A DNA stretch of 64,000 nucleotides from Escherichia phage JS98: the sequence record NC_010105.1. One strand, 5' to 3'. Position 1 is the stretch's first letter. Each line of letters opens with the position of its first letter. The position numbers and the translations under genes were made by a program. Below, piece after piece: positions 44,877 through 56,263 of the stretch. Below the pieces are notes generated by a model that was given only the letters and a program-made list of their open reading frames with translations, was not told the origin of the DNA and ran no database searches.

Positions 44877-46618
44877 TGATTAACATGTCTGATAATTTAA
44901 GTTGGTTCGTCGGTGTAGTTGAAGACCGAATGGACCCACTCAAACAGGGCCGAGTACGCGTACGCGTCTGGGGTATGCATCCATATGAAAAAGTACAAGG
45001 TCCTGTAAAAGGCCTTCGTACAGAAGATTTACCATGGATGTCGGTATTAATGCCTACATCTTCTGCCTCTGTTTCAGGTATCCAAACCGCTATGACTGGT
45101 ATGGTCCCAGGTACACAAGTTTATGGCCATTTTCTTGATAAGTGGAAATTAAACGGGCTTGTCCTCGGCACATATGGTTCAGCTTCAAAACAAAAGGCAA
45201 ATCCAAACGAAGGTTTTAGTGACCCAACAGGACAGTATCCGCTTTATTTAGGTAATGATGCCGCTGCACTAAACCGAGGCGGTGAAGTTGGATATGATGC
45301 CACTTCTAACGTAATACAAGATGCAAACACTGATGTAGGTATTAATCCTGACGGTTTGGATTTAAGCCAAGTTAAGCCTGATGATAATCCTAATTTCACA
45401 ATAGAAAACATGCTTCATCGTGATGAGGGTCTTCGTCTGAAGGTATATTGGGATACCGAAGGATATCCTACCATAGGTATAGGTCACCTTATTACTCCAC
45501 AACCTATTAGAGATATGAATCAGATAAACAAAATATTATCTAATCAAATAGGTCGAGAAGTTAAAGGTAACCCTGGTGCAATATCAATGGACGAGGCTTC
45601 TAAGTTATTCCAAGAAGACCTTAAAAAAGTTCAAAACGATATAGGCCGGCATAGTGTTGTAGGTCCTGTTTACAATAAAGAAAACCGTTCAAGACAAATG
45701 GCTCTTGAAAACATGGCTTTCCAAATGGGTTTAGGTGGACTTGCTAAATTTAAAACGATGCTCGGTGCAATGTTAGTCGGAGATTATAAGAAAGCATTTG
45801 ATGCCGCTCGTGATTCTGTATGGTTTAACCAAACTAAAGGCCGTGCCTCAAGGGTATCAATGATTATCCTTACAGGTAATATGGAATCATACGGTATTAT
45901 GGCCCCTAAAGAAAGAGAATTTAATGGCCGTTCTTATAGGATGATTCAAACCTTTGCAGCCCCTACAAATTCTGACCCTGCCGACCCGTGGACTCCGGAA
46001 GATACAAGGATTCTTTTTAAAGAACCTGATTCTAGTTATAAAGGCGAATACCCATATGTCCAAACCATGCAAACTGAAGGCGGGCATATCCAAGAATTCG
46101 ATAACACCCCAGGGCAAGAACGTTACCGATTAATCCACCCTACAGGTAGTTATGAAGAAGTCGCTCCTGACGGACGTAAAACTTCTAAGACGGTAGCCGA
46201 CGGGTATTATATGACCCAAGGCGATTCTAATACTTATGTTGGTGGTAATAATAAAGTCAATATAGGTGGCGATGAAACCTATTATAATATGGCAAACGTT
46301 CGACGTCAAACTGACGGTTCTGAAAGCATCCATATTCGTGGTAATGAAACCAAAACGGTAGAAGGCGACGGGACCCTTATTGTTAAAGGAAATGTTACGG
46401 TTATTGTTGAAGGCAATGCTGATATAACTGTTAAAGGTGATGCAAAAACCTTAGTCGAAGGCAACCATGATTATACAGTAAATGGAAATGTTAAGTGGTC
46501 GGTAAACGGAAACGTCGATATGACTGTTGCCGGTAATTGGTCTGAAACTATGTCGACTATGAGTTCTATTGCGTCCGGTCAATATACTATTGATGGTTCG
46601 AGGATTGACATTGGCTAA
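44876..46618 (+). CDS. 5: baseplate hub / tail lysozyme gp5
   Basis: 580 aa; central lysozyme domain (MLHRDEGLRLKVYWDTEGYPTIGIGHLI) and C-terminal beta-helix repeats (VEGDGTLIVKGNVTVIVEGNADITVKGD). Confidence 0.92.
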   Translation: MINMSDNLSWFVGVVEDRMDPLKQGRVRVRVWGMHPYEKVQGPVKGLRTEDLPWMSVLMPTSSASVSGIQTAMTGMVPGTQVYGHFLDKWKLNGLVLGTYGSASKQKANPNEGFSDPTGQYPLYLGNDAAALNRGGEVGYDATSNVIQDANTDVGINPDGLDLSQVKPDDNPNFTIENMLHRDEGLRLKVYWDTEGYPTIGIGHLITPQPIRDMNQINKILSNQIGREVKGNPGAISMDEASKLFQEDLKKVQNDIGRHSVVGPVYNKENRSRQMALENMAFQMGLGGLAKFKTMLGAMLVGDYKKAFDAARDSVWFNQTKGRASRVSMIILTGNMESYGIMAPKEREFNGRSYRMIQTFAAPTNSDPADPWTPEDTRILFKEPDSSYKGEYPYVQTMQTEGGHIQEFDNTPGQERYRLIHPTGSYEEVAPDGRKTSKTVADGYYMTQGDSNTYVGGNNKVNIGGDETYYNMANVRRQTDGSESIHIRGNETKTVEGDGTLIVKGNVTVIVEGNADITVKGDAKTLVEGNHDYTVNGNVKWSVNGNVDMTVAGNWSETMSTMSSIASGQYTIDGSRIDIG

Positions 46619-46628
46619 TATTTTACCT

Positions 46629-47150
46629 ATGAGCACAGATTTAGGAGACTCCATGGAAGGAGCCTCAATCGATGTTACGTTTACCGCTCAATTAGAAACA
46701 AACGAAACATTAGTTGAAATAAATATAACAGAATATGAGCCAACAGAAGGCATTATTGTCGATGGGGCTCGTTTATACGGAACCTATGAATCGGTATTCG
46801 GATTTTCTGAAGATGCGTTAAAATATCGATTAGGCGATGAATTTAAAACAGCAGGTTCATGGAAAGATTTACCAGAGGACAAGAGCACTCAATTATACCT
46901 CTGGAAAGCCCCTGGTAATCTTCAGAAGACTTTTTCCTATACCGTCACATTAATCTATGACTTTCAGGAAGAGTCATCAGGAGGTGATACAGGGAGCTCA
47001 GGAGGAAGTAATTCTAGAGCCGGTAACGAAACAGACCCTCCTCCAGCACCAGTAAGAAAAACTCTTACTAAGGTTTATACCAAGGTTATAGTGGGTAATT
47101 GGAGCAAATGGGCTAATCAACTCAGAGAATATGTATATGCGAGGCCATAA
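46629..47150 (+). CDS. hypothetical baseplate-region protein (5.1 position)
   Basis: Start at MSTDLGDS; Gly/Ser-rich C-terminal segment. Confidence 0.45.
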   Translation: MSTDLGDSMEGASIDVTFTAQLETNETLVEINITEYEPTEGIIVDGARLYGTYESVFGFSEDALKYRLGDEFKTAGSWKDLPEDKSTQLYLWKAPGNLQKTFSYTVTLIYDFQEESSGGDTGSSGGSNSRAGNETDPPPAPVRKTLTKVYTKVIVGNWSKWANQLREYVYARP

Positions 47151-47443
47151 TGTCGGGCTTAAGTTATAACCAATGCGTAACAGCAGGTCATGAAGCATGG
47201 CCTCCTACAGTAATAAATGCCACCCAGGGTAAAGTATTTACAGGCGGTATTCCTGTATTAGTCGATGGGGACCCAATAACTCCTCATACAGAAATTAAAA
47301 AACCATATGAAACCCACGGTGGGGTAACCCAACCTAGAACATCAAAGGTATATGTTACAGGCAAAAAGGCTGTCCAAATGGCAGACCCTATTTCGTGCGG
47401 AGATACAGTCGCACAAGCCTCATCTAAAGTATTCATAAAATAG
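47150..47443 (+). CDS. 5.4: PAAR-like spike tip protein gp5.4
   Basis: 97 aa, same length and position as T4 gp5.4. Confidence 0.7.
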   Translation: MSGLSYNQCVTAGHEAWPPTVINATQGKVFTGGIPVLVDGDPITPHTEIKKPYETHGGVTQPRTSKVYVTGKKAVQMADPISCGDTVAQASSKVFIK

Positions 47444-47451
47444 GAATTAAA

Positions 47452-49410
47452 ATGGCTACTCCTACGAATTACCAATTAACAAGAACCGTTAACGCTATCC
47501 CAAAAGTATTTGTGGGAGCTACGTTTGAAGAAATTAAAAAGAATATTATCGATTGGCTTTCCAGCCAGGAAGAATTTAAGGATTACGATTTCGTTGGTTC
47601 TCGAATGAATATCCTTATTGATATGCTTGCTTATAATACTCTTTATATACAGCAATTTGCTAACACAGCTTTATACGAGTCTTTTATAGGAACGGCAAAC
47701 CTTCGTTCTTCGGTTGTCCAAGCTGCACAAGATAACGGATATCTTCCTAGTTCTAAATCAGCGGCAAAAACAAGTATTATGTTGACCTGTACTCAGGCCC
47801 TGAATGAAAAGAATATTCGTATCCCACGTGGTACTAAATTCTTGGCCTATGCTCGTGATACTTCAGCAGACCCGTATGCTTTTGTTACCACGGAAAACGT
47901 TATTGCCGTACGTGATGTTAATAACCAATATCTCCCTATTGTATCTTTAGCACAAGGTCGTATTATTCGTACCGAACTTAAGTATGACCCTAAAACTCCT
48001 ATTCTTATTCGTGACCCGGATATTGATAGACAAGAAGTTAAACTTTATGTCGATGGTGCAGAATGGACTAACTGGACTAATAAATCCATGGTTCATGCTG
48101 GTAGTACATCAACCATTTACTATATGCGTGAAACCGTAGATGGTAATACTGAATTCTTCTTTGGTGAAGGCGTTGCCGAAAAATCAGTTGCGGGTGGTGT
48201 ATTAGAAGCTAACTATATTGGTGGTTTAAAACCTGTTAAAGATGCTACCATTGTTATAGAATATCTTCGTACCGACGGTGAAGTTGCTAACGGAGCAGTG
48301 GACTTTAGTTATGCGGATTCTTTGGCATATATTACGGTTGAAAAAATTACAGAAAACTATGATGGGAACCCGGATTATGTAGGTGCTGATGGTGGTGGTG
48401 ACCCTGAAGATATCGAACGTATTCGTGAACTGGCTGTAGTTAAACGCGAAGCCCAGATGCGTGCCGTAACTGGTACGGATTATGATACATTCGTTTCAGA
48501 ACGATTTGGTTCTATTGTACAAGCAGTACAAACATTTACAGACCCAAATAAACCAGGTTACGCCTTTGTTACTATTAAACCTAAATCAGGATTGTATTTG
48601 ACTGCGGTTCAACGTGAAGATATCCAAAATTATCTTTCAGAATTTAACTTGGCGCCTATTACTCCTTCGGTTATTTCTCCAGACTACTTGTTCTTAAAGC
48701 ATAAAATTAAGGTTTCATATGCACTGAACAAATTACAGGAATCCGAACAATGGCTAACGGCTCAAATCCTTTCCCAAATAGACCGTTATTATATTAACGA
48801 AGTTGAAATATTCAACCATGGATTTGCCAAGTCTAAAATGCTGACTTATATTGATAATGCAGACCACAGTATCCTTGGCTCTTCGGCTACGGTAACAATG
48901 GTTCGCGAGGTATTAAACTTCTTCAAAACACCTGAAGCGGGTATTAAATACTATAATCAATACACCAACCGTTCTGTAACTTCTAGTGAATTTGAGTTCG
49001 TCCCAACAAACGTATCGGATGATATTAAATCTTATAACGTACGTATTGTTGCCACAGATAAAGACGAACGAGGCGATGGTAAAATGGTTATAGGTCCTTT
49101 CCGTCCAGGTGATGTAATTGAAAACCAATACATCCAACCTTATACCGGAGATGACTTCGATAAAATGGCAGCTCCTGCAGACCAATCGGTCTACTATGTT
49201 ATTGGCGAAATTGATTATTACTCAGACTTTATTTTCTGGGATATCGCCGCAATAGGCCTTACTTCCGACCGTTTTGAAGTCCAGTCTATTGAACTTTATG
49301 CAGGACCAGACCAAGACAACATCTTTACCAAAGACGGTTCTTTAATCGTATTTGAAGATGACCTTCGTCCTCAGTACACAACTATAGAGTTGGAACCAAT
49401 TACAATATAA
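47452..49410 (+). CDS. 6: baseplate wedge protein gp6
   Basis: 652 aa, order and size as T4 gp6. Confidence 0.85.
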   Translation: MATPTNYQLTRTVNAIPKVFVGATFEEIKKNIIDWLSSQEEFKDYDFVGSRMNILIDMLAYNTLYIQQFANTALYESFIGTANLRSSVVQAAQDNGYLPSSKSAAKTSIMLTCTQALNEKNIRIPRGTKFLAYARDTSADPYAFVTTENVIAVRDVNNQYLPIVSLAQGRIIRTELKYDPKTPILIRDPDIDRQEVKLYVDGAEWTNWTNKSMVHAGSTSTIYYMRETVDGNTEFFFGEGVAEKSVAGGVLEANYIGGLKPVKDATIVIEYLRTDGEVANGAVDFSYADSLAYITVEKITENYDGNPDYVGADGGGDPEDIERIRELAVVKREAQMRAVTGTDYDTFVSERFGSIVQAVQTFTDPNKPGYAFVTIKPKSGLYLTAVQREDIQNYLSEFNLAPITPSVISPDYLFLKHKIKVSYALNKLQESEQWLTAQILSQIDRYYINEVEIFNHGFAKSKMLTYIDNADHSILGSSATVTMVREVLNFFKTPEAGIKYYNQYTNRSVTSSEFEFVPTNVSDDIKSYNVRIVATDKDERGDGKMVIGPFRPGDVIENQYIQPYTGDDFDKMAAPADQSVYYVIGEIDYYSDFIFWDIAAIGLTSDRFEVQSIELYAGPDQDNIFTKDGSLIVFEDDLRPQYTTIELEPITI

Positions 49411-49437
49411 GCCTCTTCGGAGGTTTAAGGAGATTTA

Positions 49438-52400
49438 ATGTCTGTACAAGCGCCTTATGTTACTAGTCTGAGAATTGATAAGCTCTCGGCTAACCATGTG
49501 AGCATTCTTTGGGATGACGTAGGCGCCAACTTCTATTATTTCGTAGAACTGGCCCAAACGAAGGATGCGGGTGTAGAAATTCCCGACGATAGATTATTTT
49601 GGAGAAATTTAGGTTACACCCCTAATAACGAATGGTTTGAAGAGGCATTCATTTCTCCTAATTCATTTTATAAAATGCGAGTTGCGGTAGCTGCTCAGGG
49701 GTTTGAGCAGTCTGAGTGGGTTTACACTGAAGAATTTGAAACTTTCTCTACCAACGCATATACATTTGAGCATATGCGCGAATTCACGTTGTCTAATAAA
49801 TTTATTGAAGAAAAATTCACAAAAAATAATCAGAATTATGTGAACTTTAATACTGATGCCATTATGGCTTCCTTAATGACGGAAGATTTTAACTTTACGC
49901 CGGCGTATTCGCATTTGTCATCTATATCAAATTATGTTTTAAAAGCCGACCGATTCCATGAAATCCAAGGAAGCATTCAAGCAGTTTGTAAAGACCCTAG
50001 ACGTTCTATTTTAATGGAACTTGGTGGAGTTCTGTATCTTTTAGAAAGATTCCAAAGCACAGCTAAAGTTTCTAATGATAAAGGACAAAACTGGCACTAT
50101 ATTAGATTGTTTAACGATAGAGTGGGTAATCCAGTATCTAGAACGGCTCATTACCAAACAGAAACTACTACATACGTACTAGGTTATGACCAAATATTTT
50201 ACGGGCGTAAATCAAGTGATATTAGATGGTCTGCTGATGACGTTCGCTTTAGTTCTCAGGACGTAACATTTGCTAAAATCGGTAGTGATATAGACCTTCC
50301 GTTTGAAATAGAAATATTTGGGTCATACGCAAAACTCCCATTGCCTATTTCCACTATTGCCGAAGCTATGTGTGCTTCTGACGATTTCATTTATGTTGCG
50401 GGTAGAGACAGAGTTTATAAAGCAAAAACATCAGAGGCCCCTATAGACACTGACCCTAGCTCACCAACTTACGGCGAGAAGATATTTGAAAGCGGATATT
50501 CAACTATAACAGGGAACCCTAAAGCTGTTTGCTATAAATTAGATTCTATCCAAGGGCATACGTTTGCTTTAATTACAGGTGAAGTTAAAGAAGAAAAAAT
50601 GGACCCTACAGTAGAGGCTAATGTAATTGATTCTGAATCTAAAGGTGTCTATTGGTTGGATGTAGAAACAGATACTTGGACTCGCGTATTCGGAAATACT
50701 GAAGAAGAACGTCGTCGTATAGAGCATGGTTATACTAGCATGTCTACAGATGGCGAAGAGTTATTTTTCAGTTCAAGCAACTTTAGATATGAAGTAGAGG
50801 TTGATTCTGAACTTCCTTGGAAATATCCTGAAATTGTTACTTCGGCTGTTAAATACGTTAAAGACGAACAGTGGATTCATAATAAGCATTATTTGATGAT
50901 GAGCTTTAGGTCTAACTCTAAATCAGATTTTAAAGAATTTAAACCAGGTCGTATGGCTTATTATGCTGAACCATTCTTCAGTTGGTCACGTCGTGATGGA
51001 ACCCGTTCTTGGATTACTACAGGTGACCATGCGATGGTTGTTTATAACGATGCTTTGTATCAGAAAATAATCGACCTTAATAGTGGTTCATCGCCGGAAC
51101 GTATTGTTCACGAGATTTGGAATAAAGGATTTTGCAAAGTTACATCCCCTAATATCGAATTTAATGGCTTTAAAAAATATTCCTCTGGTATGATGATTCA
51201 CAAATCTACAGGTGAATTAGTTGGTTATTTTGAATTCGACTATCGTGTGCGTGATGAAGTCCGTGTTATTTGGAAGCCTAAAGAAATTATGTTTACGGCA
51301 GAGCTCCAAAACCAAGAGCATGAAATTCCATGGGCCCCTAAAGAAGAGACCGGCGAACAAGACCCTGATTTGAAACCGTTATTGGTCAAAATGGTTCCGG
51401 ATAGTTATTTACTCCAAGATTCCAATTTTGAAAAATTCTGCGAATATTATCTACAGTTTATTAGTGATGGTTCTGGCACTCATTATAATAATTTGTTAAA
51501 CCTTATTCGTAATCAGTATCCTCGTGAAGAAGACTCATGGGAATACCTATGGTCTGAAATTTATAAACGTAATATCTATTTGTCAAAAGAAAAACGCGAC
51601 GAAGTTGTTAGATTTTTCCAAGCTCGTCAGTCTGATTTTTGGTCAACTAAAGGTACTGAGGCTTCATATAAATTCCTGTTTAAATTGCTTTATAATGAAG
51701 ATGTCGAAATTGATATCGAGTCCAAGAACTCTATCGAATATGATATCATCGTAGAATCCGACAATATCAGTGAAGATATCGTAGGCCAAACAATTTATAC
51801 TCCTACAGGAAGAAGTAATGTTACTTATATAGAACGAAATTACAAAGATGGTAAATTGCAATGGCGTTTAACCATTCATAATCTTTTAGGTCGTTTTATA
51901 GTCGGTCAGGAAATCAAATCTGAACGTACTTCATTTAAGGGTATGATTGTTCAAGGCGTTCGTGGTAAAGAGCTTTTGAGTAACAATATCGATTATATCA
52001 ACCGTAACCGTTCTTACTATGTGATGACTATCAAGTCTAATCTCCCGACCTCTCGTTATCGCAATGACGTTTTGAGATTTGTTCATCCGGTAGGTTTCGG
52101 CTTTATAGGTATAACTTTGCTTTCTATGTTTGTTAACGTTGGTTTAACACTAAAACATACAGAAACCATTATTAATATCCTTAAGAACTATAAATGGGAC
52201 TCAGGTTTGCCATCTGAATGGTACGATAGAGTTGCTGTAATAGGTTTTGATGGTAATATAGAACGAGACCCTCGTACAGGTGCTCCGATGTACAACGTTG
52301 GACCTAAAGCAGGTGAACCGTTTGATATTCCTGCCGATTATGATGCAGAAAATGATTTCTCTGTATTCCAAGGTCAATTACCACACGAACGTATTAAAAA

Positions 52401-52533
52401 GCATAGTCCATTGTTTGACCAAAGTGCTGTGACTTTTGCCAATTGGCGTGCACTGGTTGATAAGCGTCTTAAAGACGATATTGGAAATCCTAGAGACCCT
52501 AAAGTTCCAACTCAGGTAAAAATTAATGATTAA
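49438..52533 (+). CDS. 7: baseplate wedge protein gp7
   Basis: 1031 aa, order and size as T4 gp7. Confidence 0.85.
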   Translation: MSVQAPYVTSLRIDKLSANHVSILWDDVGANFYYFVELAQTKDAGVEIPDDRLFWRNLGYTPNNEWFEEAFISPNSFYKMRVAVAAQGFEQSEWVYTEEFETFSTNAYTFEHMREFTLSNKFIEEKFTKNNQNYVNFNTDAIMASLMTEDFNFTPAYSHLSSISNYVLKADRFHEIQGSIQAVCKDPRRSILMELGGVLYLLERFQSTAKVSNDKGQNWHYIRLFNDRVGNPVSRTAHYQTETTTYVLGYDQIFYGRKSSDIRWSADDVRFSSQDVTFAKIGSDIDLPFEIEIFGSYAKLPLPISTIAEAMCASDDFIYVAGRDRVYKAKTSEAPIDTDPSSPTYGEKIFESGYSTITGNPKAVCYKLDSIQGHTFALITGEVKEEKMDPTVEANVIDSESKGVYWLDVETDTWTRVFGNTEEERRRIEHGYTSMSTDGEELFFSSSNFRYEVEVDSELPWKYPEIVTSAVKYVKDEQWIHNKHYLMMSFRSNSKSDFKEFKPGRMAYYAEPFFSWSRRDGTRSWITTGDHAMVVYNDALYQKIIDLNSGSSPERIVHEIWNKGFCKVTSPNIEFNGFKKYSSGMMIHKSTGELVGYFEFDYRVRDEVRVIWKPKEIMFTAELQNQEHEIPWAPKEETGEQDPDLKPLLVKMVPDSYLLQDSNFEKFCEYYLQFISDGSGTHYNNLLNLIRNQYPREEDSWEYLWSEIYKRNIYLSKEKRDEVVRFFQARQSDFWSTKGTEASYKFLFKLLYNEDVEIDIESKNSIEYDIIVESDNISEDIVGQTIYTPTGRSNVTYIERNYKDGKLQWRLTIHNLLGRFIVGQEIKSERTSFKGMIVQGVRGKELLSNNIDYINRNRSYYVMTIKSNLPTSRYRNDVLRFVHPVGFGFIGITLLSMFVNVGLTLKHTETIINILKNYKWDSGLPSEWYDRVAVIGFDGNIERDPRTGAPMYNVGPKAGEPFDIPADYDAENDFSVFQGQLPHERIKKHSPLFDQSAVTFANWRALVDKRLKDDIGNPRDPKVPTQVKIND

Positions 52534-53530
52534 TTCTACAGTAGTTTATCGTTCTATTGTTACTTCAAAATTTAGAACGGAAAAAATGTACAACTTTTAC
52601 AGAACAATAGGTGATGGCGAAGACCAGAACACTATGTATGTATCTTTCGGAAGGGCCCGACCATGGGCCGATAACGAAAATGACCCTGGTTTTGCACCAC
52701 CCTATCCTGTAGATGATTCTGAAGGCGTAGAAGACGTCTGGACCAACATGATGGGTTGTGTTAAGGTTTATAAGAGTATGCTGGATTGTGTTGTCCCACG
52801 CAAAGACTGGGGTGACACAACTTATCCTAACCCATTTACTTTCCAGATCGGCGAAATTGTGGTAGCGAATAGCCAGCCACAAAACCGTACTGATGTAGGT
52901 GCCGGGTGGATGGTTTATCGTTGTGTAGATATTCCTGAATCAGGTACATGTTCTATTTTGTCCCTTGATAATAAAACCGAGTGTATTAAACTTGGTGGCA
53001 AATGGACTTCAAATGTGCAATCAGTTAAAGCCCCAGCAGGACAGGGTGATACGGAAGGTATGGTGGATACTGGTGATGGATATCTCTGGGAATATTTGTA
53101 TGAGATTCCACCTGATGTAAGTATTAACCGATGCACTAATGAATATATTGTAGTTCCATGGCCAGAAGAAATTGCTGAGGACCCAGAACGTTGGGGATAT
53201 GAGAATAACCTCACTTGGCAACAAGACGATTATGGATTAATTTACCGTATTAAAGCCAATACTATTCGCTTTAAAGCATTCTTAGATTCGGTTTATTTCC
53301 CTGAATTTAGTTTGCCAGGCAACAAAGGTTTTAGACAGCTTTCGATAATTTCTAACCCGTTAGAAGCTAAAGCTCACCCATCCGATCCGATCATTAAAGC
53401 CGAAAAAGAGTATTATGATGTTATAGACCTCTCCCGCCACTCCGGTGAAATGATTTATATGGAAAACCGTCCTCCGGTTATTCGTTCCATGGACCAAACA
53501 GAAGAAATTAACATTGTCTTCGAATTCTAA
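52526..53530 (+). CDS. 8: baseplate wedge protein gp8
   Basis: 334 aa, order and size as T4 gp8. Confidence 0.85.
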   Translation: MINSTVVYRSIVTSKFRTEKMYNFYRTIGDGEDQNTMYVSFGRARPWADNENDPGFAPPYPVDDSEGVEDVWTNMMGCVKVYKSMLDCVVPRKDWGDTTYPNPFTFQIGEIVVANSQPQNRTDVGAGWMVYRCVDIPESGTCSILSLDNKTECIKLGGKWTSNVQSVKAPAGQGDTEGMVDTGDGYLWEYLYEIPPDVSINRCTNEYIVVPWPEEIAEDPERWGYENNLTWQQDDYGLIYRIKANTIRFKAFLDSVYFPEFSLPGNKGFRQLSIISNPLEAKAHPSDPIIKAEKEYYDVIDLSRHSGEMIYMENRPPVIRSMDQTEEINIVFEF

Positions 53531-53533
53531 TAA

Positions 53534-53556
53534 GGGCCGCAAGGCCCTTTCGGGTT
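53534..53556 (+). terminator. terminator-like hairpin GGGCC-GCAA-GGCCC followed by TTTCGGGTTT
   Basis: Between gene 8 stop and gene 9 start. Confidence 0.45.
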
Positions 53557-53591
53557 TAATAAATACAGTATATCAATAATGAGGCATACCT

Positions 53592-54452
53592 ATGATTAAG
53601 CAAACTGGTAAAGAACTAATTGACGTCGGTGAAATTGGTAATGCCAGCACCGGCGACATTCTTTATGACGGCGGTGTTAAACTGAACACTGACTTAAACA
53701 ACATCTATAATACTTTCGGCGACCAACGTAAAACAGCTTTAACCGGCGAATTGACCGGCCAGAAATTACACGCTACAGGGTATTATCAAAAATTTGGTGA
53801 TATGGACCAAGCAAGCTCGGTTGATTTAGGCTCTTTGGTGGATATCGATGCTTCTAGCGGTTCTATCGTATTAACCACTGTAAAGGGTGCAGTTGGTGAA
53901 GGAATTGAGATTATCAACTCTAACGGAAGTATTTCATCTACTAACTATCTTGAAATCCGTATATTAGATACTTTTGCAAGTCATCCTACTTCAACCCTGC
54001 GTATTGTAACCCCTTATACCCGAGTTCTTTTATGGTGCGTATCGGATACAAACGGTGTTGCGGTATGGGATTATTCAATTGAAAGCATGTTTGGTGATAA
54101 ACGAGTTCCATTAAATAAGACATATAATATATCTTCTGTCGCTCGTGATATCCCGGTGGTTTATTCAGGTCAGTATTCATTGGTCAAACTTTTAGTTACT
54201 GCAGTGAATGCCAACGAAACCATTTACAAAGCTTCAGAATATCTTGTGTTTATCGACAACCAAGCTAAAAAGATTTATTCCACTGAATACGCAGTTATTA
54301 AACGTGGACAAACTTCAGATGATGACGAAATTTATTCTCTAGATTTTAAATTCGATACATCAAACTATATTATCGCGACCGCTTCTTCTGTCAATCCTAT
54401 GAGGCTTGCAATTAAGGTCGTAGAAACCCAAACTATTGGAGTTCCAGTATAA
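53592..54452 (+). CDS. 9: baseplate protein gp9 (long tail fibre socket)
   Basis: 286 aa, order and size as T4 gp9. Confidence 0.85.
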   Translation: MIKQTGKELIDVGEIGNASTGDILYDGGVKLNTDLNNIYNTFGDQRKTALTGELTGQKLHATGYYQKFGDMDQASSVDLGSLVDIDASSGSIVLTTVKGAVGEGIEIINSNGSISSTNYLEIRILDTFASHPTSTLRIVTPYTRVLLWCVSDTNGVAVWDYSIESMFGDKRVPLNKTYNISSVARDIPVVYSGQYSLVKLLVTAVNANETIYKASEYLVFIDNQAKKIYSTEYAVIKRGQTSDDDEIYSLDFKFDTSNYIIATASSVNPMRLAIKVVETQTIGVPV

Positions 54453-56263
54453 TGAAACAAGACTTAAAAGTAGGTTCCGCTGTTGATGACGGGTCCGGTG
54501 ATTACCTGCGTGCAGGTGGTCTTAAAATTAATAACAACTTCAATGAGCTTTATTACCAATTAGGCGACGGCAATAACCCACATGCCGCAGGCGCTTGGAA
54601 ACAACATTCTACTGAAGACGGTGCTTTGTTGAATGCCGTAATGGGCCATAGCTATACCCTTAATACCCAGGGTGGGCGTATTAACGTCCAGCTTCCTAAA
54701 GGCTCTCCTGAAGAATATAACTTTGTTATCCGTGTACGTGACGTGTATTCTTCATGGCAAGCTAACCCAGTAACCTTAATCCCTGCCACAGGTGATACCA
54801 TTAAGGGTTCAGCTACTCAAGTTGAAATTGCTCGCAACTTCTCTGACCTTGAATTGGTTTATTGTGCGCCTGGTCGTTGGGAATATGTTGAAAATAAGCA
54901 AGTAAACCGTATTCCAAATAACGACCTTGCTACCGTAGCAACTAAACAGTTTATTGCAACTGAAGGTCAAACAGATTTTCTAGATGTTTTCCCTGGCCTT
55001 TCTTACAACGTAGCAAGTTTAAGCGTTTCACAACGTGGTAACAATTTGTTCTATGGTGTTGATGATATTTTTGATGCTGCTACCGCAGAGTTTGGTTCTC
55101 CAGGTGCTCAACCAGGCGAATTGGTTGCCTTGAATGGTAAGGACATTCGTTTAAAATATCCATGCGAAGCAGGTGATACTGTTATTATCAAATCGTATAA
55201 TGACGGACTTGCCCAATGGCGCAGTTCTTATAACCGCCGTGATATAACAATCAAAAGTTCAGAATTGACTAAAGACGTTTCTGTTCCTGGCTCTTCTTTC
55301 GTGGGTGATTTGAGTACTTCACATGTTATATCAGCAGCTGATTTGAATATTTCCGTTAACAGTCCTATCAACCCAAATGCTTGCCAAGTCATGCTTAATA
55401 GCACATTACTTCATCAAGCTGGTACTGCTGGCCTTCCTTCGTTTTATTGTGAAGGTGCCGACGGACGTACTGCTACCGAGTGTTTTAATGCAGGTGGGCA
55501 ATGGACCCAATCTAAATCAGACTATATTTTTAATTTGACCCCTGAAGATAAGATTGAATCCATCGAATTTGGACGTGACTTTGAACATGGTGATATTCTT
55601 ACGGTAATTTGGTATAATAACGATATCGGCACCACCATGGAAATTGATGAGATTTTGGATTATACCAATAACATCTATATTTCTAAAGGCCCTTCTATTG
55701 ATATATCAGGCCAGGTTCGTATCACTGATGTAGATAATCCTTTTGCACCTAACGTTGAACCTGTCGCCCCATCTAATATTACAATAGATACAGCATCGAC
55801 ATTTTTTGATTTAATTTACCCTGTAGGAACCATCTATGAGAACACGGTGAACCCTAATAACCCTAAAACTTATATGGGCTTTGGTTCATGGAAGCGTTTA
55901 TCTGATGTGTTCTTGGTAGGTTGGTCTCCTGACGCTGGTTCTTTGTTTAATGCAAATAATAACGACCTGGATTCAGCGGGTGTTCCACAATCAACTGCAG
56001 GCGGGACTGGTGGTGCTCATGTGGCTAATTTGAAATATGAGAATATCCCAGAACTTAATACAGATGATAAAGTCCTTATTGCTGATAACGATGGCCCTAT
56101 TTTTGTAGGTGGATGTTTAGTTGACCCTGATTCACAAGGACCGGCTTATACAAAATATCGTGAAGATAAAGCCAGTATTAATAAGGCTCAAGGGACCACT
56201 CCTATCCCGGTTAATACTCTACCACCATACTTAACTGTTCATCGCTGGATGAGGATTGCATAA
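54452..56263 (+). CDS. 10: baseplate wedge protein gp10
   Basis: 603 aa, order and size as T4 gp10. Confidence 0.85.
   Translation: MKQDLKVGSAVDDGSGDYLRAGGLKINNNFNELYYQLGDGNNPHAAGAWKQHSTEDGALLNAVMGHSYTLNTQGGRINVQLPKGSPEEYNFVIRVRDVYSSWQANPVTLIPATGDTIKGSATQVEIARNFSDLELVYCAPGRWEYVENKQVNRIPNNDLATVATKQFIATEGQTDFLDVFPGLSYNVASLSVSQRGNNLFYGVDDIFDAATAEFGSPGAQPGELVALNGKDIRLKYPCEAGDTVIIKSYNDGLAQWRSSYNRRDITIKSSELTKDVSVPGSSFVGDLSTSHVISAADLNISVNSPINPNACQVMLNSTLLHQAGTAGLPSFYCEGADGRTATECFNAGGQWTQSKSDYIFNLTPEDKIESIEFGRDFEHGDILTVIWYNNDIGTTMEIDEILDYTNNIYISKGPSIDISGQVRITDVDNPFAPNVEPVAPSNITIDTASTFFDLIYPVGTIYENTVNPNNPKTYMGFGSWKRLSDVFLVGWSPDAGSLFNANNNDLDSAGVPQSTAGGTGGAHVANLKYENIPELNTDDKVLIADNDGPIFVGGCLVDPDSQGPAYTKYREDKASINKAQGTTPIPVNTLPPYLTVHRWMRIA

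Noticed and set aside
53561-53575. Possible late promoter TAATAAATA upstream of gene 9
   Set aside because: One mismatch from the strict TATAAATA late consensus; too uncertain to list as a feature.
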